Shown one piece after another: positions 52,790 to 64,000 of a stretch of 64,000 nt of DNA. The notes below the pieces were generated by a model. The model was not told where the DNA came from. It saw only the letters and a list, made by a program, of their open reading frames with translations, and made no database searches. The first letter of the stretch is position 1. Each line of letters opens with the position of its first letter. The translations under genes were made by a program, and so were the position numbers. The stretch spans positions 74,044 through 138,043 of the forward strand of contig NW_027192211.1 of NCBI RefSeq assembly GCF_041956535.1, written 5' to 3'. Source of the stretch: Calcarisporiella thermophila CBS 279.70. Taxonomy: Eukaryota; Fungi; Calcarisporiellomycota.

Positions 52790-53206
52790 ATCGAAGAGGT
52801 TTTAATAAGAATAAAAATGAAAAAAGATATAAAAAAGCGCTAGTTCATAATATTGATCTCAGCTTCTGATTTTGATCCAATTAAAATTGTCGATGCGTGC
52901 AATGTTTAAATCTCTCGAGCTCATTTACTAAGATATATATCATAATGTTAAATGGATAAAATGTTATTCATCTAGATTGTCACCTCTGTTTCTCCTCGAC
53001 TCTTCTTCTTGGACTCAAGTTCAATAAATACTATTTCTTTTTAGGGCCATACTTAGGGGGTAATAATACGCAAAAGACCAAATCTAGATGTGAACCCTTG
53101 GAAATTCATCGAAGCCACTGTGATAAAATATTCCAGTCACATTAATTCATAAACAGTCTACATCCTTTGTAACCATTATTCGCATACAACACACTCCATA
53201 TTAACA

Positions 53207-54783
53207 ATGTCTTTATCGTCTTCCTCGACGATTATGGACAAAATTTCCAGCATCTTCTCAAGCAAACCTGTGCAATTCGCACTCACAGCTATTCTTGCAT
53301 CTGGCCTCACGGGATTCGGAATTCTTTATTACCAGTCAGCAGCACGTCGAGACCGCGCGAAGAAAATTAAACAAGAATTACTACATTCTCACGAGCCTCG
53401 GGATCTTTCTTCATCTACTCGATTAACAGAGTATGGAACTGCACAATCTAAATTTTCGAATGAGTCAGAGGATCTTATTAGAGAGCAGCTCTCTCGTAAC
53501 ATTTCATTTTTGGGAGAAGAGGGTATGCAGAAATTGCGTGGAGCATTTGTAGTCGTGGTCGGTGCAGGCGGTGTAGGCTCTTGGGCGGCATTAATGCTGG
53601 CGAGATCTGGAATAGGAAAACTACGACTAGTGGATTTCGATCAAGTAACACTTAGTTCTTTAAACAGACACGCAGTTGCCACTCGAGCGGATGTTGGAAT
53701 TCCAAAGGTTGAGGCATTGCAAAAGCGAATTGCGGAGATCGCTCCATTTGTTTCAATAGAAGCGCGGGTAGAACTATTTAATAAAAATAATGCCGAGGAT
53801 ATATTTTCTGGTATTGTTATCTTTATATATCCGTTAAGCCTTAAATCATTATAACCATTTACTTTTAATAGGCAATCCGGACTATATCATTGATGCAATT
53901 GATAATATCGATACCAAGTTAGATTTGATTAAGTATTGTTATGATCACAAGCTTACTGTAATTAGCTCTATGGGTGCTGGTGCCAAGGCAGATCCGTCGC
54001 GAATTCAAATTACAGACATTAGTGAAACACTGGAGGATCCACTGGCAAGATCAGTGCGTAGACGACTGCGTAAGATGGGTGTAGAAAGTGGGATTCCAGT
54101 AGTATATTCGACTGAGAAACCTCATCATGTCCGGCTTTTGCCACTTGGTAAGTTCAGGTATTGTGAAAACGTTGCAACTTGTGTGCTTATTTGATGCTAC
54201 CGTGTTTAGACGAAAACATGGTAGAAGATGCGGATGAGTTTGCTACTCTCCCAGATTTTCGCGTACGTATTCTTCCTGTCCTTGGCACTCTCCCGAGTAT
54301 GTTCGGGATGGCTCTTGCAACCTATATCATCCTCAAGTTGGCAAATTTCCCCGTTGAGCCACTCTCAATTAAACTTCGGGATGCTCTATACCAGCGATTG
54401 CATCGGGATCTGAAAGTGCGTGAAGAGAAGATGCATAAAGAACAGTAAGTTATCTATTAGATTATTTCCAACCTTTAATAAGCGCATATTTAAATATCTA
54501 TATTCTCAGGGGTATCCCACTTGACTTGCGCGACGTTGGTTATATATTCGAAGAGATTTGGAGAGGTCGTAGTGCTGTTTCTGGCTCTATGGAAAAACTT
54601 GCTCTCACAAGATGGAATCATAATCTGCCACTTTCTCTCCAGAATTGCGTTTGCATGACAAAACGAGAGGCCGATATACATGATAAACTCACGACACCAC
54701 CAGAAGAATATTATCCTACTGAAGTGCTGGAACTTGTAAAACGGCGGTTTGCAGAGGAAAGAGCGGTTGGAACGTATCGATAA
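53207..54783 (+). CDS. TCD1/TCD2: tRNA threonylcarbamoyladenosine dehydratase (ThiF/E1-like)
   Basis: N-terminal TM, EQLSRN, VVVGAGGVGSW, DFDQVTLSSLNRH, DAIDN, MGAGAKADP, EDPLAR, VYSTEKP, RVRILPVLG. Confidence 0.93.
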
Positions 54784-56638
54784 TTTAAAAATTACTGGTT
54801 TTTTGTGGTTCCTGTAGATTATCCTTCAATAGATATGCTTTTTCTATAATTAAATCATACGAAGGATCTTATGAATGTTTATAGCATTACGATAAGACAC
54901 CAATTAGGTTAGGATTAAAAAATGAAAAAACTAACATATATGTATGACTCGTCCCGAGAAGTGAATCCAAGTTTCCTCTATAATTGTTATCAAATTAACA
55001 CAATGTCGCGGGGAAATAGTTCGCTAGCCATCGAGCTCATAAAAAATCGTAGGCATTAGATGAGCTTATTACATTTATAATTTTTTTTATTTCTCCATTT
55101 GCTGAACTTGTTATGCTTTCATTAAATCGAATGTAAAATTTTTAGAGAGAGTCGAGAAGCAAGCCGCTTGTATTATGAGTGCTTGACTACAAATAAATAT
55201 GGGCAAGAGTATCTCGATCCCGAAAAATGCGAGGCTAATAATTGGGATCCGATAAAGTAAGATAGTTGCAATTGTGATTGACCAAATGCTTACTTATTCT
55301 ATAATAGAGCCTCTAATGAGGAAGCTATGAGAATCAAACTCCTTGTGAAATATTGTAACGATATTAGTAATATGCTTGATAGACGTGAAGCAGATAAAGT
55401 GATAGCATCCCTCAAATAAGTAAGCGATGTAATAATTGTGATCGCAATAAGGAAAGAGAAGTACCATGTGCGACCGTTATATATTATGCGAAATGAAGCC
55501 TTCTTGCATTTTAGTCCAGAGAATAATAAAAAATATCACACCGAACATTCTTCAGAGGCCTTTCACATTCCGAGACAGGCTCAAATACGGGTTGAAAAGC
55601 GATCGAGAAAAGTAAGGGATCCAAGATTAATTTTTTGAGGTTAATGACTACCTACGCTCTAATTAAATTCATTGCAGAAAATTGTGTCCTCGGTTTCCAA
55701 AGCGGCTCAATGTATTATTCCAAAAAATCTCCATAAGCAGGCTGGAAAGCAGTTAAAGAGTGTATTATATATAAATCCGAATTTCAATGCTGTGACTAGT
55801 TGAGTTTCATTGATATTCGTGCAGGAACTCTTTTCTTTGCTCAGCGAGGCAGCACAGCTTGTTGGCAGTGAGGTCAGTATCGGCGATACCTATGTCAAGG
55901 TAATTGCAGTCAAGATGACAGAGAAATCTGTAGCTTTGGAAGTAAATGAAGAGGTGGCATAGGGCATATGGGATGAATACGAAATTGAGTATGATTCAGA
56001 TATGAAGCTCCGCTGAGATTCTTTTAATATACAGAAATCATTCGTAGTTTATGTACAGTATATACAATGCTTGTTATCATTTATTTTTGTCAATTAATGG
56101 GAATAGAATGTTAATGTCCCCAATATCCACGAGGGACTATTCCCAAATGGCGAGTACATAGTAGATTTTCGCTAGACGCGAGTGTTGAAAGGGGAGGGAG
56201 GATTCTAATGCACTGTAGCTAATTGGCGAGGGAACGGCTATTCAACGTTGATTGTTATAGCCTATCAAGGTCCTATTCATCAGCCTAACATTCTTTTGCA
56301 TACACTCATAGAGTCAAATTACCAAAAGATAAGCTAATATATGCTAGTCTAACTTCACTTTATGCTCAAATGATAGGTATTGCAAGCATTTCCCCGCCAT
56401 TCTCTTAATGGGAGCTCACATTTAATAGTATTCGCGTATTGGTTCAAAACTCTGATTTTTTGGATTTTACCTACTTTGATGTCAAGTCCTTTGCTGGATT
56501 TGTTAGAATCCTAGCTTCAGAAAGGATGCTTGCGATTAATTCCAATTTGGTCAATTGTGACTACTCCCTACTTTATCCTTGGCAACGCATCGCGTTGAAT
56601 TTGCTTCCATTGTCTCATCATTCTCTATTACTCTTACC

Positions 56639-58941
56639 ATGGTCTCATTATTTTTTGGAAATAACCAGTTTGAAGAACTCATTGGTAAGTAAGATTATTA
56701 AAAAAATTAAAATAATACATCATGCTGGTTATATCAACCATGATACTAATATAAAATGTCTACTTCAATTTCCGTAAGATCGCGCTACATCTGAACTTCT
56801 TCCAGCTGGCCATGAAGATCTAGCGCTTAATCTCGAAATTTGCGATCAGATTCGCAGCAAACAAGTTAATGCACGAGAGGCAATGCGCAGTTTAAAGCGT
56901 CGCATTGAGCATAAAAACCCAAACGTTCAGCTACTCGCCTTGACTGTAGTTCTTCTTATTTTATAGTCATTAGACTTATTTAATCTAATTTATCAATTGA
57001 TTAGCTGACTGATACATGCGTTAAGAATGGTGGACTTCATTTTCTAGTAGAAATAGCATCACGAGAGTTCATGGATTGTATCGGTGGAATTGTTAGATCT
57101 TTGGTTTGTATCGGATATATTAAATGACTCATTCTTGTACTTATGCACCTCTTATAATAGTCATGCAATGCAGAAGTTAAACAGAAAATTCTATCCTGTG
57201 TACAAAACTGGGGAATTGCGGCGAAAGAAAAACCGCAACTCAGTTACATTTCAGAGATCTATCAAACTCTCAAACATGAGGGATTTGTATTCCCACCACC
57301 ATCACAAGCTGATGCAATAATGTTGGATTCCGAAGCGGTAAGTGCCAGGTTTTTTCGGCCATTCAAGCCTAATATTTATACAACATTTACGTCGTAGCCA
57401 CCTGAGTGGTCCGATAGCGATGTGTGCGAGCGTTGCAGAACGCCTTTTACTTTTACTAATCGTAAAGTAATTTTCTTTGTTTACTTACTACATATATCGG
57501 ATACACTTGCTTAAAATAGCTTGTTTTATAGCACCATTGTCGTGCCTGTGGTAAGACAATATGTCATCAATGCTCGACACACAATTTGGCACTCCCCCAC
57601 CTTGGAATTACTCAAGAGGTGCGAGTGTGCGATACTTGCTATGCAAAAAAGAAGATTGGACGACAAAGCTACCAGAGACATTCGCCACAAATACAAATTC
57701 AATCGTCGTCATCTACTAGAAATCAAGCTACCCCCGCACCTGCGAGCGAAGAAGATGAGGACTTAAAGCGCGCAATCGAGTTGAGTTTAAAAGAGGCTGA
57801 GCGAAAGAAAGGATACACTCCATCTCCGTCGCGAGTCGATTCTAAACCTTCTCAACCGAATAAAGCAGAAGAAGAAAGCGACCCGGATCTTGCTGCTGCT
57901 ATTGCTGCCTCACTTCAAGATATGAATGCTCAGCCACAATACAAATCAACTTCATCCTACTCTCCCTCCTTTCACAACGGGCCAAGTCAATTGCCATCTA
58001 ACGATTTACAGGCTATTGAAAGAGAGAACTTGGAGCTCTTTTGTACAGTGGTTGATCGGATAAAAGAGTCAGGCGGAGATATAATGAGTGATTATCACGT
58101 ACAGGCACTCTATGACCAGATGGGATCAATGAGGACTAAATTGGCGATGAGTTTGGATGAAGCGGTAAAAAAACATGGTAAATTTTATGGGTTCTCAGTT
58201 TGATACCAGTAGAATTGCTGAAATATTTAATATTCTCTTTTAGGGCGGTTTGTTCAACTCCATGAACGTGTTAATAAGGCAGTTAAGCTATATGATAACC
58301 TCCTGGAACAGCGTTTAACAAATGCATATAATCGCCACTCATTGTCACACAGCGTACACCCACTACCTTCTCCTCCTGTAGTTGGGGGCGACTCTATGTA
58401 TTCGAAGCTTGTGGGAGGGTCACAAATATTAAATGAAAGTATTTATCCAAGAATTGATGCTTCTGCCCCTTATGTTTTCAATCAGCCTACTGGCTATCCC
58501 CAACCTCAACCACAACCCCAACCCCAACAGTCATCAACCCCATCCTCTGCATGGCCTTCATCCTATGCACCTAACCCGTGGCCAGGTCCGACGCCTCAGC
58601 AGCAGCCGCAACAGTCGCAGCCACAGCTACCACACCCTCACTCTGGAAGCTATTATCCCTCCACGGCTCCTTCGGCTTTACCCCCACAAAATCAACAGCA
58701 GCTACAACCGCAAACGCAGACTCAGATCTCACATCCTACGCAAACAGAATACCAGCAGTCGTACTCATCCCCAGGTTATGACAACAGTGCCGCTTATAAT
58801 CCACCTCAATACGCTCAAGCACCACAATCCCAGCAACAGCTGCAATCTCAGTTGCAATCAAGCAACCACTATCCTCATCCTGCTCAGCATAGTGCCCAAG
58901 TAGAGACAGCTAAAGAAGAGGCACCACTAATTGAATTGTGA
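56639..58941 (+). CDS. VPS27: ESCRT-0 subunit Vps27/Hrs
   Basis: VHS ([31 protein letters not shown]), FYVE ([12 protein letters not shown]|HHCRACG..VRVCDTC), two UIMs ([25 protein letters not shown]), ends LIEL*. Confidence 0.96.
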
Positions 58942-60062
58942 TTGGTTATATATTATATGAAATTGGCTATAGTGATTTTTGTTATAAAATAAAGCCTATG
59001 ATTTAAGTATATAACTTTATCTACTATTAACATTATCTTTCCTATAGAATATATCCATCATATTTTGTGTAGGAAAATATGATTTTTTTATGGGCATAGA
59101 TATACAATGATTATTTCCTAAACTCTACATCAATAAATGATGGCCAGTAAAGCTAAACTTGTAAAGTAAAGATATAATAAAAATCGAATTTTTGAGGGTA
59201 AAGCAGTATATAAGGCGGAAAAAAGTGCATACTCAGTGCTATTATTTTTTTTTTCGCACAATATTGGAATAGAGTAAATAAGGATTTACACTAAAACTTG
59301 CAAGCTATTAAGCTAAAAAAGAATTGTCCAAGGCCTCTATATTCTAAGTTTTAAAACTATTTTTCTGGGGGGTGTCAAATGTAAATAGTGGACACATGAT
59401 TGCAGTAAGTGCCAACTAATAACTAATAGTAACATAAATGTCTAGAAGTCAACCCTAGCTATAAATACCCAACACCATATAAACTGACTATCCGCAATGT
59501 ATGTGTTAGTAGGCTCAGCTCTAATTCATGAGATACATGATATTGACAACTCATATTCTTAGGCGGTACTTAGTATTAATTTTGGTCAAATATTCATATG
59601 TATGAGAGTTAAGTCCTTAAAATATACTTCACATATTGCTTAAATTTATTTGCGTTACTGACTAATATATACCTAACCCAATCAACTTTTCTGGCACGTG
59701 GAGTCTAGAGGAAAGAGCAATCAACTTAGCTCAATATTTTGTCCATGTCAATGCGTGCGCATGAGTTTTCACCAAAATTCATTTTCGAAAGCATTTTCAC
59801 TACCATTTTCTACTATATATACTAAATCTCTCAAATTGACGGTAGTATCACCTATATTTTATAAAAATTAAATTATGGTTTATTCTTTGTTATCCATGTA
59901 TAATGCTCCTTATTACGATGCTTCCTCAAGACGCTATTTGTCTGGAAAATGATACTCTTAGTGATATTAAATTAGTGACTGCAATTTAATTTTGATTCTC
60001 CGTGGCTCATATTGTTTACCATTTCTCCAACATAAGCGTTTTCTCATTCAATACTCGACAGA

Positions 60063-61690
60063 ATGCAAACGCGTTCAGGATCAAAGACCGCCAAAGTAAC
60101 AATTGCAGATGCCAATGTCTCCAGTGTAAATGTGACTAAACAAAAAAAGATTCATGCAGAAACCGAAAAAAACCAAGATATGCCTGTAAAAAAAAAGCAA
60201 GAAAACCTCTGGCGGAATCGCTCAATCAAAAAAAAGCAAAAGGGAGAGAGGTGATATAAAAAGAAACAAGATTGAAGAGGAAGAGAATGAGAGCGTTGCG
60301 TATCCCAAGCAGAAAAAGCTTGATACAAGAAATAAAGTGAAGGCAAGCATAGAGAAGAATGTAAGCGCCTTGATCTTTATACTTACATACATTCCATCTA
60401 ATTCAAGTATATTTAAGTATAAAACAGATGAATCGATTACAGCCAAGAAGCTGCATTTAAATACACAAGTACTTGTGTGTGATTTTTTAATACCCTCGAT
60501 CATATTATTTACTCTCTATTCTATATCTTCATAGGTTGTGATCGACGATAATAAAGAAGTAGACCGGTTCAGCGAAGGCCAAAAAAATACAGAGAAACTT
60601 CGAGAGAATACAATTAATCAAACTGACGCACAAACTAATGTTAAGGGGAAACACCATCAAATTGATCAAGGAGTAAATACTATGGAACCACAGGTGGGTC
60701 CATTTTTGCGCACAGATTTTCGCAAGAAATAGATTTAAAAAAAATCATTTTTTAGAGTAAAGCTGAATTCGATAATCGGATACCGCATGATTCAAATAAG
60801 ATGGTATTATTACCAGCTTCTTTATTATATTTCCTTAACTAACCTTGTTTTTCCTTTACCATAGGGACAAATAGTAGAAAATAAGGCTGATACAGACGAT
60901 GGTCAAACAAAATCAAGAGGGAAGAAAAGAAGAAGAAAAGAGAAAAAGATTTCCTCAGCTCAAGTAAGATTTGTATCGCCTTTCTAATTTGTAAATTTGC
61001 TCTAACGAGAAGAGATGAATTATGTGCAGAATGATGAGGTTGGAGAGGCTGCTAAGGAGGTTGGTATCTATATCCCAGACGTGAGGAGAATTCATTAACC
61101 ACTTGTGTTAATCATTTTGAATTGTTTTGATTCTTCACAAAAGAGCGACGAAATGGGTCGTCATGCAACACAACTCAATACAAAGAGAAAAAAATTTGCG
61201 GAGGATAAGGTATATTTCCTCATGATTCCTTTTATTTATTGGAATAGCTCTAAGTATTCTATTGCAAATTTCAGAATACTATGCTAAAAATGGTATTAGA
61301 TGCCGCCAATAAAGAAGATAAAAGGATTGAACAAAAGCTGAACAAAAGGGTAATTTGTATATATTGGCCTTGCTATACTATAGATTATAGATTAACACTT
61401 ATTTCATTTCAAGGCGAAGATTGAAGAGAAGCTAGAGGAGAAAGAAAAGAAGAAAGAAAAGAAGAAATCAATCAGAGAAAAGCAGCTGGTATTTATATAT
61501 TATGATTGGATTGATTTGAAAAGTATCTTCTTAATTCTAATGATAATTATACTAATAGTTGGAGGTCAAAGAGAAGATTCTAAACCGAAAAGCTAAACGC
61601 CGACTAGATCGCAAAAAGACGAAGGCACAAGAGAGAGCAATGCAAGAGGAATCAATAGGGAAAAAGAAAAAAAAGGTTTCTTTTGCTTAG
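60063..61690 (+). CDS. LOC1: Loc1-like 60S assembly/export factor; apparent frameshift in exon 1
   Basis: Lys-rich multi-exon gene. KKFAEDK|NTMLKMV..EDKRIEQKL, ends KKKKVSFA*. A9 run at 60188-60196 breaks the frame. Confidence 0.6.
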
Positions 61691-62210
61691 TATTCTATTT
61701 CGATTTCATTTTAATTATAATAAAAATATCTGTGGTTGAATTTCAATTATGAACATTTTTGGGAGGAGGACGTGATTAAAATCTTTGGGGCCTTTTTATT
61801 GCAACTCTCTCTTCTCCATTCCATCTGCTCCTTCTCTTTTTTTTTTCTTGTTCCTTTTCTTTGTGTCATTGCTCATTAGGTTAGATCTTTTCCCCCCTTT
61901 TACCTCCTGTCTTCGCCAATTTCATCTCTTTCCCTTCTCTTTCCTTTTTTTATCGGCTTTCTTTGTAGGTTTTTCTTTGGTGTTTTTTTTTTTTTCTTTT
62001 CCTTTTGTCTTTTAGCTTGCTAGCCTTTGTTCTTTATTCTAATTATTTTTCTTATTGTTTAGAAGGACATAAGTCCTATGTTATAAGCACATTTCTGACT
62101 TTTTTTTCTTCTGTTAAATAGTTTTTGCGCCTTTACCTTTTTGCCTTCCTTTTTTTTTTTGCTTTCTCTAAATATTCGTGTAAAAATCTTTATCGGACGT
62201 CGCTTCAACA

Positions 62211-63146
62211 ATGACGCTCAGTAAACGCCCTCTTTCTTTCCCGTCCTCTCTTTCCAATCATATATCCGCGCACCAGTTAACACCTCTTCGCGCCCCACGA
62301 ACACGCCCTCAAAGTCAGCTCACGAATCAGAGCCCAATTGCAACACAAACGAAGACGGACCCTAAACGCGGCAAACGTAGTAGCAGTAGCAATAAGAAAA
62401 AAGGGCACTTGGACACAACGCCCAAACAAGCTTCCCCTTTTCTCTCCACTAAAAAGCGATACCACCGCCGCTCTGCTCAGCGATCAACAGAGACCAGTAA
62501 ATCGTGTCAGGTGAATGATGAAGAGGTGCTCTTTGCTGCTGCTTCCGCTACTGCTGTTTCTGGGGATGATGGATCGACGCTAAGGAGAGAAAAGCACTAC
62601 TCCCTACCGCCCCCTCCGCCTCGCCCTAACTTTTTCCCAACAAAACCGTCCTCAAATCGATGGAATGCTAAGAAAGAGGAAAAACAAGCTAATGTACGAG
62701 TGCGACGCCGTTCTAATACAACTGTAGTATCGACTTTGTACGCAGGGCCTACTTTCCACAACTCGCCTGCCCCAAGCACACTACCCGTTCCTGCATTCAA
62801 GAAATTGGCTCCAATTCAGTGGCATGAAGAAGATGAAGAGAAAACGGAGCCCAGTGAATATGAACGTGCGGAAGCTTTACGTGTGAAGTCTCGTGAGCTC
62901 ATGAACCTGCTCTCGGGTTCCCCTACTCGCACGCCAACCCTTACCCCTTCTTCCTCTACTTCATCGCTCTCCTCTGCTTCAATTCCATCTCCTTCGCGCA
63001 ATTCCGTCGTTGTCGAGAGTTCTACGCTGGTTCCCGATCGTATGGCCACGGCGCATCCTATCACCTATCCCTCCCCTTCCTCCCCTAGGGGTGAACTTCG
63101 AATGATGACGCAAACGCTGCGTACTCTTTTGAAGATGAAGGGATGA
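62211..63146 (+). CDS. Disordered protein with PNRC/Edc1-type decapping-activator motif
   Basis: YAGPTFHNSPAPSTLPVP = YAGxxF + LPxP motif within low-complexity sequence. Confidence 0.8.
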   Translation: MTLSKRPLSFPSSLSNHISAHQLTPLRAPRTRPQSQLTNQSPIATQTKTDPKRGKRSSSSNKKKGHLDTTPKQASPFLSTKKRYHRRSAQRSTETSKSCQVNDEEVLFAAASATAVSGDDGSTLRREKHYSLPPPPPRPNFFPTKPSSNRWNAKKEEKQANVRVRRRSNTTVVSTLYAGPTFHNSPAPSTLPVPAFKKLAPIQWHEEDEEKTEPSEYERAEALRVKSRELMNLLSGSPTRTPTLTPSSSTSSLSSASIPSPSRNSVVVESSTLVPDRMATAHPITYPSPSSPRGELRMMTQTLRTLLKMKG

Positions 63147-63729
63147 TCTGATAATTTCCATTCCTTTTTTCCTCCATTTCCCCTTTTTCCCTTTTTCCTC
63201 TAATATTTCGCTCCTGAACGTGCGTTGTGAAATCAAGTGCTTGTGATATGTTTGGTATAGTCGAAGAATGAGTTGGTGACGTTTTTTTCGTGCTGGTGTT
63301 TTATAATAAAGTCCAAATCATAGGCCCAAGTCCCTGATATGCCCCTGTTCTACTAAGCGTCTGTTATATGAAGATCAAGGCTATTTTGCCCAGCATTTGC
63401 TCTCCGTAGACTTTCCTACTAACAATCCCCACAAGCTACATGAATTATGGATTAAATTAGGAAGCGAATTCTGATTGGATGACGATTTACACCTGCGACC
63501 GATCATTTTTATTTCTCAGCCTTCCACATGTTCATTCCTTTTTTTTTCTCGTCCTCTTTTTTTTTTATTTTTTTTCCTTCGAATCATAGTGGTAAATGTC
63601 ACGTAAACTAAAAAGGTTCATGCTTAGAAATTTAACTAACATATTTATAAATGCAGCAGTAGCTGCATTTGAATCACCTACTCTCTATATTTAGCATCTT
63701 TTATCAATTCATTTCAAGTTCTATTCAAG

Positions 63730-64000
63730 ATGGGTATGTATATCCGTCATAACTCTCATCTTTCCTTATACTTGTTATATTGTTAATGTTTCTCACTTCC
63801 TCAATCTATATATTATATTCGGAATTACTCTTTTTGAATTTCTCACTTCATAACAATATTTATTATGAGCCTAATATTTTACTGTTTTCATCATCATCTA
63901 TTTAGCTGATGTTACCCGTCAGGAAAGCGCGGCTAAACTGGAGAAATTCCTAACCAAGCGCCCAGAAGCCTCAGATTTGGTGGAACGTAATGTGCTCAAA
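63730..64000 (+). CDS. RPEL-repeat protein (5' part; truncated at window edge)
   Basis: ATGG|gt...ag|CT gives MADVTRQESAAKLEKFLTKRPEASDLVERNVLK, matching the RPEL consensus. Confidence 0.75.

Overview
Eukaryotic, gene-dense, intron-rich (mostly 45-115 nt introns) genomic DNA from an early-diverging fungus, most likely Mucoromycota. The taxon is inferred from fungal genes (WHI2, CDC10, RCK/Srk1, LOC1, ADY2) sitting beside genes more familiar from animals (CASTOR, UBOX5, SLC49). About 29 protein-coding genes can be assembled by hand across GT-AG/GC-AG introns: ERV25, WHI2, FUR1, RRN3, ADY2, TSC2, SLC49-type MFS, HUS1, DPB2, CDC10, crotonase, RPS6, HTATSF1, CSN4, O-fucosyltransferase, UBOX5, CASTOR, kelch-TM, RCK kinase, TCD, VPS27, LOC1, Edc1/PNRC and an RPEL protein, among others. 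Highlights largely invisible in the ORF track: (1) a multi-exon gene fusing an intact SPX inositol-pyrophosphate sensor domain to a bacterial-type AstE/AspA (M14) zinc deacylase (39817-42686, minus); (2) a secreted Kex2-processed repeat precursor with a poly-His/Cys tail (1-367, minus); (3) a 1.1-kb element with inverted ~250-bp LTR-like arms, a gag zinc-knuckle remnant and a 5-bp TSD (2029-3123); (4) a CASTOR homolog that keeps the GATOR2-binding motif but lacks the key arginine-binding Asp, in a window that also holds TSC2, WHI2, RPS6 and RRN3. Base composition shifts from GC-rich to AT-rich inside the TSC2 gene. All family assignments are from motif recognition by eye; no database searches were run.
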